DNA of 64,000 nucleotides, filler included, from Basidioascus undulatus (taxonomy: Eukaryota), in NCBI GenBank assembly GCA_000826855.1. It is 14 parts of 14 records of this genome, joined end to end, with 100 filler letters (N's around TTAATTAATTAA, not from the genome) between each part and the next. Parts side by side here need not be neighbours in the genome. Positions count along the whole stretch, not along the records: positions 8,945 to 13,310 come from JTLS01002167.1; positions 13,411 to 17,770 come from JTLS01002168.1; positions 17,871 to 22,230 come from JTLS01002169.1; positions 22,331 to 26,689 come from JTLS01002170.1; 10 more parts are not named here. One strand, written 5' to 3'. Below the pieces are notes generated by a model that was not told where the DNA came from, ran no database searches, and saw only the letters and a program-made list of their open reading frames with translations. A program made the position numbers and the translations under genes. Below are positions 12,708 through 24,791 of the stretch, in pieces; the first letter of the stretch is position 1; each line of letters opens with the position of its first letter.

Positions 12708-12785
12708 TGCTTGACCCGTGAATCGAACACGGGGCGGGTCGACTTCAAATGGCAACGACCCAGGTTACCACTACCCCAGCCAAGC
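12708..12785 (-). tRNA. tRNA-Gly(GCC) with 7-nt intron
   Basis: GCTTGGC...GGTCG TT GCC A [TTTGAAG] T CGACC...CCGTG TTCGATT CACGG GTCAAGC A; T7 terminator follows. Confidence 0.92.
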
Positions 12786-13410
12786 TATATCTGCATAGAT
12801 CTGTTTGTTCTACAGTACTCAATTACCCACGTCCACCGCCCTTGCACGAGAACCCGCCCGCGTCTTCACTTCCTTGTTGTCCTCCCTCCACCTCCCTCCA
12901 CCGACTCGCGCTCTCACAGCCCACTCACACTGGCTTTGTTCTCACATCTGCTTCTGCATATCATCATATTCCGATCAAAATATGTCCAACCCATCAAAAA
13001 TGATGTACATGATGCGCTCCTCGATCAGACGCACGCCTCATCCGGCTGATCGAATGGTGAGACGGTGATAAAGGAAGCAGTTCGCCGCCCTACTAGGCAT
13101 GGGCGGTGTGGTGCTCTATTATACAATGGCTCATATTGACGAGAAGCGTGCAGTGCTGGTGCGTCTGTGCTCGTTTGCCTTGCGCGTGAGGCTGACCAAG
13201 CCAACGACGAGCGACCACAGCACCAGGAATGGAAACGGAAGAAAGATGAGGAAGGTGCGTGGAGCGCTAACTGTGCATTGGCGAGGAGGGGGAGGAGGGG
13301 GAGGTGAGGANNNNNNNNNNNNNNNNNNNNNNNNNNNNNNNNNNNNNNNNNNNNTTAATTAATTAANNNNNNNNNNNNNNNNNNNNNNNNNNNNNNNNNN
13401 NNNNNNNNNN

Positions 13411-13563
13411 AGCGCACTCACCGACGTCCGCATCGTCCCCTCCCCCACCCTCCCCACGCCGCGCAGCCCGCCCAGCGCGGACCTCCGCCCTGATGGCCTG
13501 CCGCGCCATCGGCGTAGGCTCGTCGTCGTAGAACGTGTCGTCGGCAGGATCAGTTGCCGGCAT
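13411..13563 (-). CDS. N-terminal fragment of hypothetical protein
   Basis: ATG-initiated GC3-rich frame running into the spacer. Confidence 0.35.
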
Positions 13564-15842
13564 AGCGGCGCGAGAAATACGGAAGGGGTAATGAGGTGGT
13601 GATGCTGTTGCTGTTGCAACTTCCAGGTCGTTCGCGTCTGCGACGCGTGAGGGGTTGCTTCACGGGTCGTCCGCGGATGAAAACACTGCCTTTCGCAGTC
13701 TTTCACGCTTTTGCCGGTTTGAGAAGAGCAGCGTCGGTGTCGTAGAAAGCCACTCTGTATGCCCAAAATGCCGTATTTGACTATTAGTCTATCGCTTTGA
13801 AACTAACTGGGTGCCATTTGCGAAAGGCACACGACCAGGGCGGACTCTTCGAAAGCAGCTCCTCTTGTGTTGCGCATCCCAAAAGTAGATCTTACCGCCC
13901 ATGTCCCCAACACCAGAATCATCCTTGGGAACTGAAGTTGAACTAGAACCATTCAGATCCAAAGACTCTCCCCCCGCCCCCGCCTGCTCATCCATGCTGC
14001 AGTGCGGGAATTGCAGAGCTGCTTTGGTTAGTTGCCTTGCTGAAAGACTACTTGAACAAGCGTACCAGTGTCTTGTAAGAAAGTCCCGGAGACAATTGAA
14101 CCGCCTGTCATACTGAACCCTGGATTACCTCGCCTTGAATTCGAAAGGACCCGGAGGGCAGCGCGACGAGACTGCATGCTGCTCCCTCCGGACGGCAACG
14201 CTTCGGAGCCAATGCCTACTGAACAAGATCCAGAAACTGGAACGCCCCACCCCAGATAGCCCCCTGGACCATGACCACATCGAAGCAGCGCCATCCACTT
14301 CTTCTTGCTCCAAGTCAAAGACTTGTGCACGCAACTCTTCGCCCGTGCTCTTCATCTCGCTCTTGAGCGCGTTCAAATCGACTACCTCGTGATCGACCAG
14401 GTCGAAGCTTAGCAGCGCGGAGGTGCAAATGGGCTCGGTACGAACTCGTAGGGCCTAGCGCGCGCACTTGGATCCGTCGTCCTGCAGGTCGAGCCCGAAG
14501 AAGACGGCGAATTGGAAGGCCTCGAGATTCTCGACTTCTATGCCCCAAACGAACGCTGCAGCGAGACGGCAGATGCGTTCGCGGGCTCTGCGTCGAAAGT
14601 GCGCGAAAGTACCCAATCCGAACGAAGAAACTGGTGCGCAGAGCGACCTGGAGAAAAAGAAATTAAGTGCGCAGAGGCACCCACACAGTAACTCAAAGCA
14701 GAAAGAAAAAGTTCGAGTGCAAAGGCACCCGCCGAGGAAAGCGAAACGAAAGTGTGCAGAGGCACCCCGCCGAAAGCGGAAAGGAAGAATCGGGAACGGC
14801 GTGGATATGCGCCTTAGAGGTGGAGAGAGTGAGAAAGATGAGAAATGAGGTGGTGGTGGGTGGCGGTGGTGGAGGGAAGAGGAAGAGGGGAAGATGAAGC
14901 GAGTGGCGAGGAGGCGCGGCGGTGTGGAAGCGGATGTTGAGGAGGGGAATGGCACGCATTACGCGCGGCGGACGCGCTTGGGTGAGCATCGCTGCGCGTC
15001 TGGACTGAGACGTTTGTGAATAAACGCGGAAAGGAAACCAAAAAGATCGCGGGTCTGGTAGGAAGTATGAGTGTTTCGACCACACGACAGGCACGGTGCA
15101 GCACGGCCGAAGTGTCTCATTCTGAACGCATGATCCACAGCTGCTCGCTCTCCAAACCTTGAACTGAGTGGTCTGCAGCGGTATTCAAATCCAATGCGAA
15201 GGCGAAGGAGTTCCCTAACGCCAGGGTGTCACGCGGGCCCGTCGCACGAGCGGGTATCTGGGCCGCAACCCGATCGCTCAAGCCCTCACCCTGGTCTAGG
15301 CGGGTCAGCCGCAAGCCTGGCGACGTCCCTCGGTTTCCAGAAGCCAACGGTTGTGATTTCCGCTCCCTTGGCGAGCAAGTGATGGATGAGCTTCAGCACA
15401 GGCGGGAAAGCGTGCGTGCGATTGAACAAAGCTTCGGTCAGAGGAAGTGCGAGTCCAGCGATCGACCTGGAACGATGCAAGAACATATATTAGAGAGAAA
15501 GAGAACCGTGTCGGATATGTGCGGCCTGCGCGATGGACGGAGCGATCGAGGCGCGGCGGGTCACCCGCCCTTGTGGACGAGAGTGAGGACGAGTGAGACG
15601 TGGGAGAGCGATGCTCGAGCGGTGAGTGCGAGGGAAGGCCAGATCGAAAGCATCTTCAACGCGATGGGAACCGTTCGAGAATCGAGAATCGAGTGGTGCA
15701 CGAGCTGCGTATCGATCAGAGAAGCGTGTTCGTGTGCGTTGTGTCTTGGTCCCTCCCTTCCCTCATCCCTCATCCGTCCTCCTTCTTCTCCCTCATCAAC
15801 CATCCTTCCCCCCTCCCCTTCCGCCCAGCTCCATCCGCTCGC

Positions 15843-16399
15843 TCAGAAAGTAGTCGCGCCCAGAGCGGCTTCCCGCTCCTTGGACACGCGCTTGACGTAC
15901 GTGGCGGAGACGATGTTGACTGCGGGTGCGGGTTAACGTCCAGCGGGGGGGGTAAAATCAGAAGGAGGGACGGGAGGCAGAGGGGAGGAGAGGGAGGAGT
16001 GGGGGACGCACAAGCTTCCATATACCGTTCCATGCAGTTGGACAGGCACTTCTGCTCCCCCACGCGGGCATCAGATCGTTCCGGAAGGAAGGGGTGGAGG
16101 GGGGGAAGTGGAGAGGAGTAAGCACACCTCCTCCGAAGAAGACAGGGAGCTGCCCGGCTTGGGGATGCACTTGTCGTAGCACTTGGAGTTCATCTTCTGC
16201 TCGTCGTTCCCCGTCCAACGCACGCATGAGCATTCGGGGGGAGGAGGTAGTGGGTGAGAGAAGAGCGAAGGGGGAAACGAACGTTGATAAGCTCCTGCGC
16301 GTTCGCAAGGGCCAGCTCCTGCTGGACCTGCTGCATGACGGCCTCCTTCTTGGCCTGCATGTCGAGCGAGCCGGCGGAGGAGGAGGAAAGGAAGGACAT
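15843..16399 (-). CDS. TIM13: Mitochondrial intermembrane small Tim chaperone Tim13
   Basis: QVQQELALANAQELIN|KMNSKCYDKC...KCLSNCMERYMEA twin CX3C; 3 introns. Confidence 0.93.
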
Positions 16400-16657
16400 G
16401 GTCGCTGCGAGGGTAGGGAGATCGATATTAAGCGTCTCGATTACTGGGGAATGATGTGGGATTGTAGACGAACTGAAGTGTGTGTGTGAGTGTAGAGTGC
16501 GAGTGCGGAAGGCAGTTGAGAGTCGAGAGTCAAGCGAGAAGACGCCCCCTCCCGCGGCCCCGGGCCGGCGCGCCAAAAAACTCAGTAAGTCCAAGTCCCG
16601 CCTGCGCCTTTCTTCTCCCTTCGCCTCCTCCTTCACCTCTTGCCCTCTTATCCCAGC

Positions 16658-17770
16658 ATGCCGCCCAAGCGCAAAGCCGACTCGATGGACAACCCCTCCG
16701 CCTCCCCCGCCGCTGACTCCCCCGCCGACTCGGGCGACACCACGCCCAACTCGCTGAACGTGTACGGGCTGCCCAAGGTCCGTTCTCTCCTCCCCACATT
16801 CTCCATCTCCTCCTGCTCCTCCTCCTCCTTCTTCTGGGTGGTTTCTTCTTGGATACTGACAGATATGGATCGGTGCGGGTGGGATTGTTGGGGGAATAGA
16901 AACGGTTCTATCGCCAGCGCGCGCACGCGAACCCGTTCTCGGACCACCAGCTCGCCGTGCCCGCGCACCCGTCCGAGAAGGACTGGGGCGTGCACTTCCC
17001 GGCCTTTTCCGGGTCGGGCAAGAAGGTCGAGTTTGCGGATGTCGGGTGCGGGTTCGGCGGTGCGTTGCTCGTCCTTCTTCTCCTTCCCTCTTTCCCCTTG
17101 GATTGGACTGACGACTGGTGGACCCCCCCAGGCCTCATCGTCGCCCTCGCCCCGCTCTTCCCCGACACCCTAATGCTAGGCATTGAGATCCGCACGCAAG
17201 TAACACAATACGTCTCCGACCGTATCCTGGGCCTGCGGGCCCTACACTCCCCCTCCAACCCCCACCGCCCCGGCTCTTCCACCACCACCTCCTCCTCCTC
17301 CTCCACCCCAGAGCCGCTCCCAGCAGTCGCCCATGCCGCCGCTTCCGCCGCGGACCTCGCCGTGCCCCCCGAGCCGATCGACCTCAACGCGCCGCCCGCT
17401 CCGCCGCTCCCCGGCCAGGGCGAGGGCAAGGGGCCTTTCGAGAATATCGGGGTCATTAGGGGCAACGCGATGAAGTTCTTGCCGAACTTTTTTGAGAAGG
17501 GCCAGGTGGGTCGTCAATCCTCGAGTTGGCTGTGTGGACCTGCGTCTGACCGGCGAGGTGGGGTCGGCGGCGAACAGCTCAAGAAGATCTTCTTCTGCTT
17601 CCCTGACCCCCACTTTAAGGCGCGCAAGCACAAGGCGCGGATCATCTCGTGCGTTCCTTCTTCTCCCCATCCTCTTCCTACTCCCACTAACCCCCTCCCC
17701 TCCTTCTCCCTCCTCCCTCCTTCCACCTCCCCCTTCCTCCATACCCTCTCCCAACTCTGCACCCCTCCCC
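16658..17770 (+). CDS. TRM8: tRNA (guanine-N7)-methyltransferase catalytic subunit; 3' truncated
   Basis: KRFYRQRAHANPFSDH, FADVGCGFGG, GIEIR, NAMKFLPNFFEKGQ, FPDPHFKARKHKARIIS. Confidence 0.95.
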
Positions 17771-17870
17771 NNNNNNNNNNNNNNNNNNNNNNNNNNNNNN
17801 NNNNNNNNNNNNNNTTAATTAATTAANNNNNNNNNNNNNNNNNNNNNNNNNNNNNNNNNNNNNNNNNNNN

Positions 17871-18077
17871 AGTCCGAGTGCGAAGCCCGCGAGGACGAGC
17901 AGGACCCGCCGGAAGAGCGGGCGCGGGGCGGGCATGGTGGTGGTGGTTTGGTAAAAAGGGATGCGTGGGTCGATGTCCAGGAGGGTGAGGAGGACGAGTC
18001 CGAGTGCGAAGCCCGCGAGGACGAGCAGGACCCGCCGGAAGAGCGGGCGCGGGGCGGGCATGGTGGTGGTGGTTTGG
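17871..18077. repeat. About 80-bp exact direct duplication at a contig end, covering the start of a type II membrane protein ORF (- strand)
   Basis: 17871-17951 equals 17997-18077; encodes MPAPRPLFRRVLLVLAGFALG twice. Confidence 0.8.
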
Positions 18078-19328
18078 GAGAAAGAAGGGTGCGGCAGCGG
18101 CAGGAGGGGAATCAGAGGCTCAGGTCGGGCGTGCCTGGCGAACGACGAGAGGGAGTCGACCTCGTCTGGGTGGACCGATTGAAACAGAGACCCAAGCGCG
18201 CGGTGCCGAATGTGCATGGACGCCTGGGGAGGCCTGCTGTCATATACCTCCTCTGGCGCGGCTGTGAAATGGGGAAAGGAGTGTGGGAGGAGCCAAGGCG
18301 AATGGGAATGGACGCGGGGTGAGCGGACGGTGCAAGGCACGAGGCACCCAGCGCTGATTGAAAGAGATGCGGAGGACGCTGACGCGCACGCGATGGATTA
18401 CTTTTGAGCTGGCTGCTTCGTTTCGTCTTCTTTCGTCGCGAAAATACATGGAAAGCAGATGGTCACCATCAATAACTAGTTACATGTAAGAGCCTTTGAA
18501 TGGAATCGTCGTCTCGGCCTGCCTGAAAGATACGGCGGCAACCCCTGCAGCGTCGGTGTTTCCTGAGGCACTGGTAGTGCTCGAAATTTCACCGACTGAG
18601 GAGGAGAGTGGGGTAATATTTAATCCCTAAATGAGACGGACCGGGTCAACCTTGCTCTACCTAAGGTTGTTAACCCAGCAGATGGATGTGTAGAGAGAAA
18701 GGCAAGGCCACAGGACTCGCAGCGTGTCCTTTCGCAGCACACTCTCCTGCCTCATGCGCGGGTTTATCGTGCGATGGGACATTGCTAGGTTATTAATGCG
18801 GCCACAGTACTGAGATTGATTGTCAAAAATTGCTGTCAGCCTACGATACTGATGCAGATGCCGAAAATGTAGACGACTCGGCACCCACTGACAGGCTGCA
18901 TTTCGGCGGAACAACCGCAGAGTGCTTGGAGAGCACTGGAGATCTGAGGTAACCACAACATTAATTTACGAAGCTTTACAAGTTCAGGTCTGTTCACAGT
19001 GTAACACACTGATGCGGCTTCAGCCACACACTCGAACAGTTTCCTGACCACTCCGAATCAGTCTGACTTGAGCTTGTTCGATCCCCCTTGGGGCAGGGAA
19101 TTACAGCGCGGCCGAACATGACGTACGTCGCCGGGGAAGGCAGCTCGCTCGGAGCCCGTGTCCCCTGCATGCGGTTCGCAGTTCGCACAGCCCAAGCAGC
19201 ACTTGCACTCTGACCACCACCATCATCACCATTAGCGCACCTCCAAATAAATCACCACACAACCACACGTACCCAGCACACTCACCAAAGCCCCATACTC
19301 TGCCAGAACCCGCAGCTTTCCCCCCGGC

Positions 19329-22230
19329 ATGCCGCCCTCCTCCACCCCGCGCTCGCGCAACCCGCTTCGCGCGCTCAAAGTCGTAGCCTCCAAAGTGGGC
19401 GGCTCCGTCTCGCGCGCGGGGTCGAGCGGCGGCGTGCGCCCCGGCAGCCTGAGCCCGCAGCAGGGCGAGGCGCCCGTGGCCTTTCTGCGCGTGCAGGTCG
19501 TTGGCGCGAAGGGACTCGAGTCGAAGGATAGGAATGGGTTTAGCGATCCGTGAGTGATCGGCTTCTTGCTGAGGAGTGATGAGAAGGGGACGCTGAAGTT
19601 TGGGGCGGGGACAGGTTCGTAGTGGTTGTGTACGGCAGGGAGCGCGGGAGCACGCCCGTGGTCAAGAAGACGCTCGACCCCGAGTTCCCGGCGGAGGGGT
19701 CGACGTTCAACCTACCGCTGTACCGCTCGCTTGCAAATCGGGTTGTAGCGCTCGAAGCAGTCGTGTGGGACAAGGACATGCTTAAGTGCGTCTGCCTTCC
19801 ATCTTTCTGCCATCGAAGCCGCCCGATCTCACCTGGCCGGGTGGGTTTCGGCGAGCAGGAAGGACTACCTCGGCGAGATCGGCGTCTCGGTCGAGGACTG
19901 GTTCCCGCACGTTGCAGGCGGCGAGCGTGCAGTCGCGTGGGATGATCCCTTGAACGGGGTGCGCACTATCCATGCCCAACCTTCCCTACCCTTCTTCGCC
20001 TAACAGTCCCTCCCTTGCACTCCGCCAGGTCCAAACCCACCCGCTCGTCACGACCCGCAAGAGCGCCGTCTCCGGCGAGCTGTACATTAAGCTCGGGCTC
20101 GTGCCCCCGCCGGCGCCTGCGGGCGCGAAGGATGCGGCCGCGCCCGCGTTGGAACTCCTCCGCGTGTACCACGACCTGCTGCAGGCTGCGCGAAGCGCAG
20201 ACGGGGCGGGGATCATGTCTGCTCCTGCTGTACGTTTGCCCTCCTCTGCTCCTTTCCTCTGACTCAATCGTGTGTGGAGTGTCTGACGGGGCTGCGGTGG
20301 AGCAGCTGGAATCCATCGGCACGTCCCCCATCGAGCCCACGAAGCGGGGCAAGATCCCCTCCTTCTCGATGCAAGAATCCGCGGCGCGCGCGGGCGAGGG
20401 CGGGCTGGAGGACGACGCGCTCGAGTCGGACGAGGAAGACTCGGAGGACGAGGACTCAGACTCGTCCGGAGACTCGTCCGACGAAGAGGGCGCCGCCGAC
20501 GACAGCACGGCGACGACGCCCACGCCCGTGCCGTCCCTCGCGCCGCCCTCGGGGCTCGAAAAGTCGTCCGCGGCATCCTCCAAGCGCTCGAGCAGGATCT
20601 TCGGGCTCCTTACCCCAGGAGGGAGCAAGCGGGAGGCCAACGCGCGCGCGGACTACTTTGACTCCGCCTCTGCCTCCGCCTCCGGCGCGAGCACCCCCGC
20701 CCCCGTTGCGCCTGCCCCTGCGCCCGCACCGGAGGGGAAGCGCCGCCGCCGCAAGTTCAAGCGCACGAAGAAGGCGAAGACTGCGAATGTAGGGAAGGCG
20801 GAGAAGCGCGCGGGCGGGGGGTACAGCTTGGGCGGGGTCGACGATGTGCTGGGAATCGTGCTGTTGGAGGTGCGCACGGGGGAGGATCTGCCGAGATTGA
20901 AGAACAGTGAGTGGTTGGACTGTGGGGCTGGTGGAGGAAGAGAGACGGTGATTGACAATGGATGGGTGGGCCAGTGACGAGGTTGGGGTGGGACATGGAC
21001 CCGTGAGTGCTGAGCTTTTGAACTGTCCTCTCTGCTTCCCCACTTTCAAAGACACCTCTATCTATCCCTTGCCCTATCGCTCTGATGTTCCTGTTCTCCC
21101 CCTCTCTTTCCTGCTCCCAGCTTCGTTGTCGTCTCCTTTGGGAAGAAGATCTTCCGCACGCGCGTCATCCGCCACTCGCTCAACCCGACGTGGGACGAGA
21201 AGCTCTACTTCCACGTGCGCAAAGGCGAGAGCGCGTACACCGTCGGGTTCTGTGCGTGCCCCCCCATCTCCCTCTCCCACCCCTCCTTCCTTAGCTGACT
21301 GTGTGTTTCAGCGGTGCTGGACTGGGACAAGCTCTCGTCGAACGACCACGTCGGCGACGCGACGCTCATGCTCGAGGAGCTCATCGCGCGTGCGCCCAAG
21401 CCGGATCGTCAGACGGGCCTGTACCACCCCAAGGCGGATGAGGAGCACGACATGAAGGAGTTCAAGCTCCCGCTCAAGATCGACGAGGCGTGGGAGGATA
21501 AGCACAAGCCTGTGCTTACTATTCGGTCCGCCTTCCCCTACTTCGGGGCTCATTAGGGATCCCGAGCTGAAACTTCTATGTGGGCATTGGCCAGCGCCAA
21601 GTACCAGCCGTACGCGCTCCTCCGCCAGCACTTCTGGAGGTCGTATGTCGTCCAGTACGACGCGGACGACACGGGCTCGATCTCCCGCGTGGAGCTTACC
21701 ACCATGCTCGACTCGCTCGGGTCGACCCTGACCGCGTCTACAATCGACTCGTTCTTCACTCGCTTTGTGCGTCCTTGACTTCCTCTGCCCGCCCTCAGGG
21801 GAAGAAAGCTGACAGAGCGAGTGTCGTACGACAGGGCAAAGACCCGCATGGCGAGGAAATCACGATCGATGAGCTCGTACAGGTGCTCGAGGAGGAGACG
21901 ACCAAGCCCGAGCACGAGAAGAAGCGGCTGGACGAGGAGCCGCCCGAGCATGCGGACCGCTCGGGCCCGCCCACGCCCAGCCTGTCCGGCACGCCCGCTC
22001 TCGGCGCCGGCGCGGAGACGCCCTTGAGTGGCTTGGACTTCTCGGGCCCCGTCGCGCCCGCGCCCGAGTGGGACGAGCGCCTCGGTGCTGCCGCCGCGGA
22101 GGAGAGCAAGGCTCGCCCGGACAATGAACCGAACACCGTGCCCGTCCAACCGAGCTCCTCGACGCCCTCCGCGCCCGGCACGCCCCTCCCGGCCGTCACC
22201 GTCGACGGCCAGGGCGCGAAGCCCATGACG
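19329..22230 (+). CDS. PSD2: Phosphatidylserine decarboxylase 2 (two C2 domains + EF-hand); 3' truncated
   Basis: DRNGFSDP, GWDMDP|FVVVSFGKKIFRTRVIRHSLNPTWDEKL, AKYQPYALLRQHFW, ELTTMLDSLGSTL. Confidence 0.9.
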
Positions 22231-22330
22231 NNNNNNNNNNNNNNNNNNNNNNNNNNNNNNNNNNNNNNNNNNNNTTAATTAATTAANNNNNNNNNNNNNN
22301 NNNNNNNNNNNNNNNNNNNNNNNNNNNNNN

Positions 22331-22814
22331 GGGGGTGCAGGTGGAGAGGCGCAGGTGGGAGAGGCAGATAGGGCTCGATTCAGGGATGGTTACGCGGGCG
22401 TGGGTGGCGATGATTCGGTTCTTGGCCCTGTGCGTTTCTGTCTTCCGACACACTCTTTCCGTCCGCGGCTAAACATCTTCCGCCCCCTTCGTGTGCAGCA
22501 ACAACCGGCTACCCGAGTCCCTCGCCCTCCTTCGGCGCTTCGTCACCCTCTACCCGCCCACCGCCGTGCGCGTGCCCACGCCCCAGCCCGAAGGCCCAGT
22601 GCCGACAATCAGGCTCCCGCGCGAGCTCCCTCCGGATCTCCCTCCGCACCTCACGTTCCACGACATCGATGTCGTGCACCACGCGCTCCTCCGCAAGGGC
22701 GACTTCACCGAGCTCGCGTTCATCAAGTGGCTGCTGCGCGCTTATGAGGGCGGGTTTAGGGAGAAGAGGACGAAGGAGTCGCAAGTGCTGGATCGGCAGG
22801 GGGTAAAGTATTAG
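22331..22814 (+). CDS. C-terminal part of hypothetical protein
   Basis: GC3-rich spliced frame ...SLALLRRFVTLYPP...HLTFHDIDVVHH...IKWLLRAYEG ending TAG. Confidence 0.55.
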
Positions 22815-23442
22815 GGCCTGGCCAATGGGGATTTGTGGGAGAGCGTTGTAGAGGATGCGGAAGGATGGACGCACTGCTCTGGCTGCATTCGCCTTTACCT
22901 GAAACTTCAAGGACAAGCTGCGCGTGTTGCTTTTGTGCCCAAGGCATAGAGTGCCCACTGCTTACATCTTCTCCATAGTGCCTCTACTGCAACTGATTGT
23001 ATTGATTAACTTATAGAATGGGAGGACTGCGCGCTGGAAATTAAAACCAATGCAGTCTTCGGAAACCCGGGGCAGTCAAACGCACACAACCAAGACTTGT
23101 CGCAACTTCACTTCTGGCAGCTGTTTCTGCAAGTCTGGCTTCTGCAGAACCAGAATGCTCCGAATATATCATAAGACTATTCGGCGAACCGAAAAAGAGA
23201 TGAATGCTAAGAAATCTCGGACTGTGCCTAGACACAGTGCCTGTCTTGTTGTGCGTCAAGTGTGCGCAATGTTGTACCACCATAGAACACCAAATGCCAC
23301 ACATATGCGGGAAGACAGTGAAGTTGATGGGTTTTCAGTGTGGCAGCAAGGGAATAAAAGACGGGCTGAACACCGGCTTGTGCAACGTATCCACATTCAT
23401 CTCACTCGATCAGAGTCCAACACTTCAACACAGCCTTGCACA

Positions 23443-24259
23443 ATGATGTTCCCGGCCTCTCGGTTCTTTCTTGTTGCCACCTTGGCCGCTCTTGCTATCC
23501 TTACCCTGGCCACAAACCCAATCACCTCGAGTGGACTTGCCCGCCGGCAGCTTGGTGGGATCGAGCAAGCGATTCCTGACAACAGCCCTCTGCGGCCACT
23601 CACGGGGATCTTTGATGAAGTGAGTTCCCCGTGAGCCTGGGTAAAATTCTACCACGCTCAAGTGTCCATGGACTCATAAAGTATGACGATGACGAGAACA
23701 ACTTCCCCGCTTCCTGTCGCGACTCTTGCACTCCAGTCGCCGACTCTCTCAGGGTACGCTTCACCTGTATGTACAGCTACTAGACTCGGTTTCTGACCCT
23801 AAATGTCTTTGGGGGCGGGCAGTTATGCGAGAGTGACAAGCAGGACGACGACTCCAGGACATCCTGCATGTGCTCGAACAGCACTCTCGTAGACACCTGC
23901 GTGACGTGCCTGGTGTTGGCCCCCGAGTCTGGCGACTTCGATGCAGACGACAAACGGGATGCGCAGGAGGCTCAACAGCGTGCGTACTCTCTGAATAAAT
24001 CCCGTTGGCCTGCATATCGACCCGCGTCGCAACAAAGAATTCCTCTCCAGTTGCCCTGGAGGCGGTACCAACACCTCGAGCCCAATCTCCACCATGAACC
24101 CACCTCCCGCGACCGGCAACAATGCCGGCCAGTTTGAGCCAGTCTCTCTAGGTAGTTCTAGCGATCGCCCTTTGCAACGTGTGCCCACTGACGAGATGAT
24201 GATCTTGTACCTACCCAGGTCTTCTGGCTGTCGTGGCCCTAAGCAGCAGATTCCTTTGA
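23443..24259 (+). CDS. Secreted 8-cysteine, probably GPI-anchored cell-surface protein (CFEM-like layout)
   Basis: Signal peptide; exons give CRDSC..C..CMC..CVTC..C, an S/T/P linker and hydrophobic tail GLLAVVALSSRFL*; 4 introns. Confidence 0.7.
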
Positions 24260-24791
24260 TCAAGGACCAGCACTTTCTTAACCCTTTATTACCCTCTGTA
24301 ATGGCCGTATGAAGTTGATGCAAAGCACGGGATCTCCGAAATGCTTGCGCGAGAAGATCCTGCACCACTCGCGTGAACGGACTCATTGTCACATCATCCA
24401 GCATGAGGATGGGATGGTCGAATTTGCCTCTGCGTTTGCCGGACGGACTGTATGATGGGATAGTTTCTTAACAAGTCATCTGCGGCTCGCATAATTGTGA
24501 TGGTCAGTTGGGAGGTTGATGCAGAACGTGAACAATTTGAATTTGAAGGGAGCTGGTTCCGGAAGTCCACGGTGCGTAAGTAGAAGAGATAAGCGCAAAC
24601 ATAGCATTGAAATGTCAGTGACTTCGGGTTCTGCGTGGCGTGCATGTCGGACAGACCGGCACTCCGAAGCTCCTCAAGCCGAAGGTGGTAACCAATTTTG
24701 ACCCCGAGATACATCCAAAAAGAACCAATGAACACGGTGTAGTATAAGCGGAGCGAGGGTGGGGCCTGAGCCGGGAGGCAGACGCGAGTAC

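Noticed and set aside
17240..17430. Low-complexity insert in Trm8
   Set aside because: Falls in a variable loop; not clearly unusual
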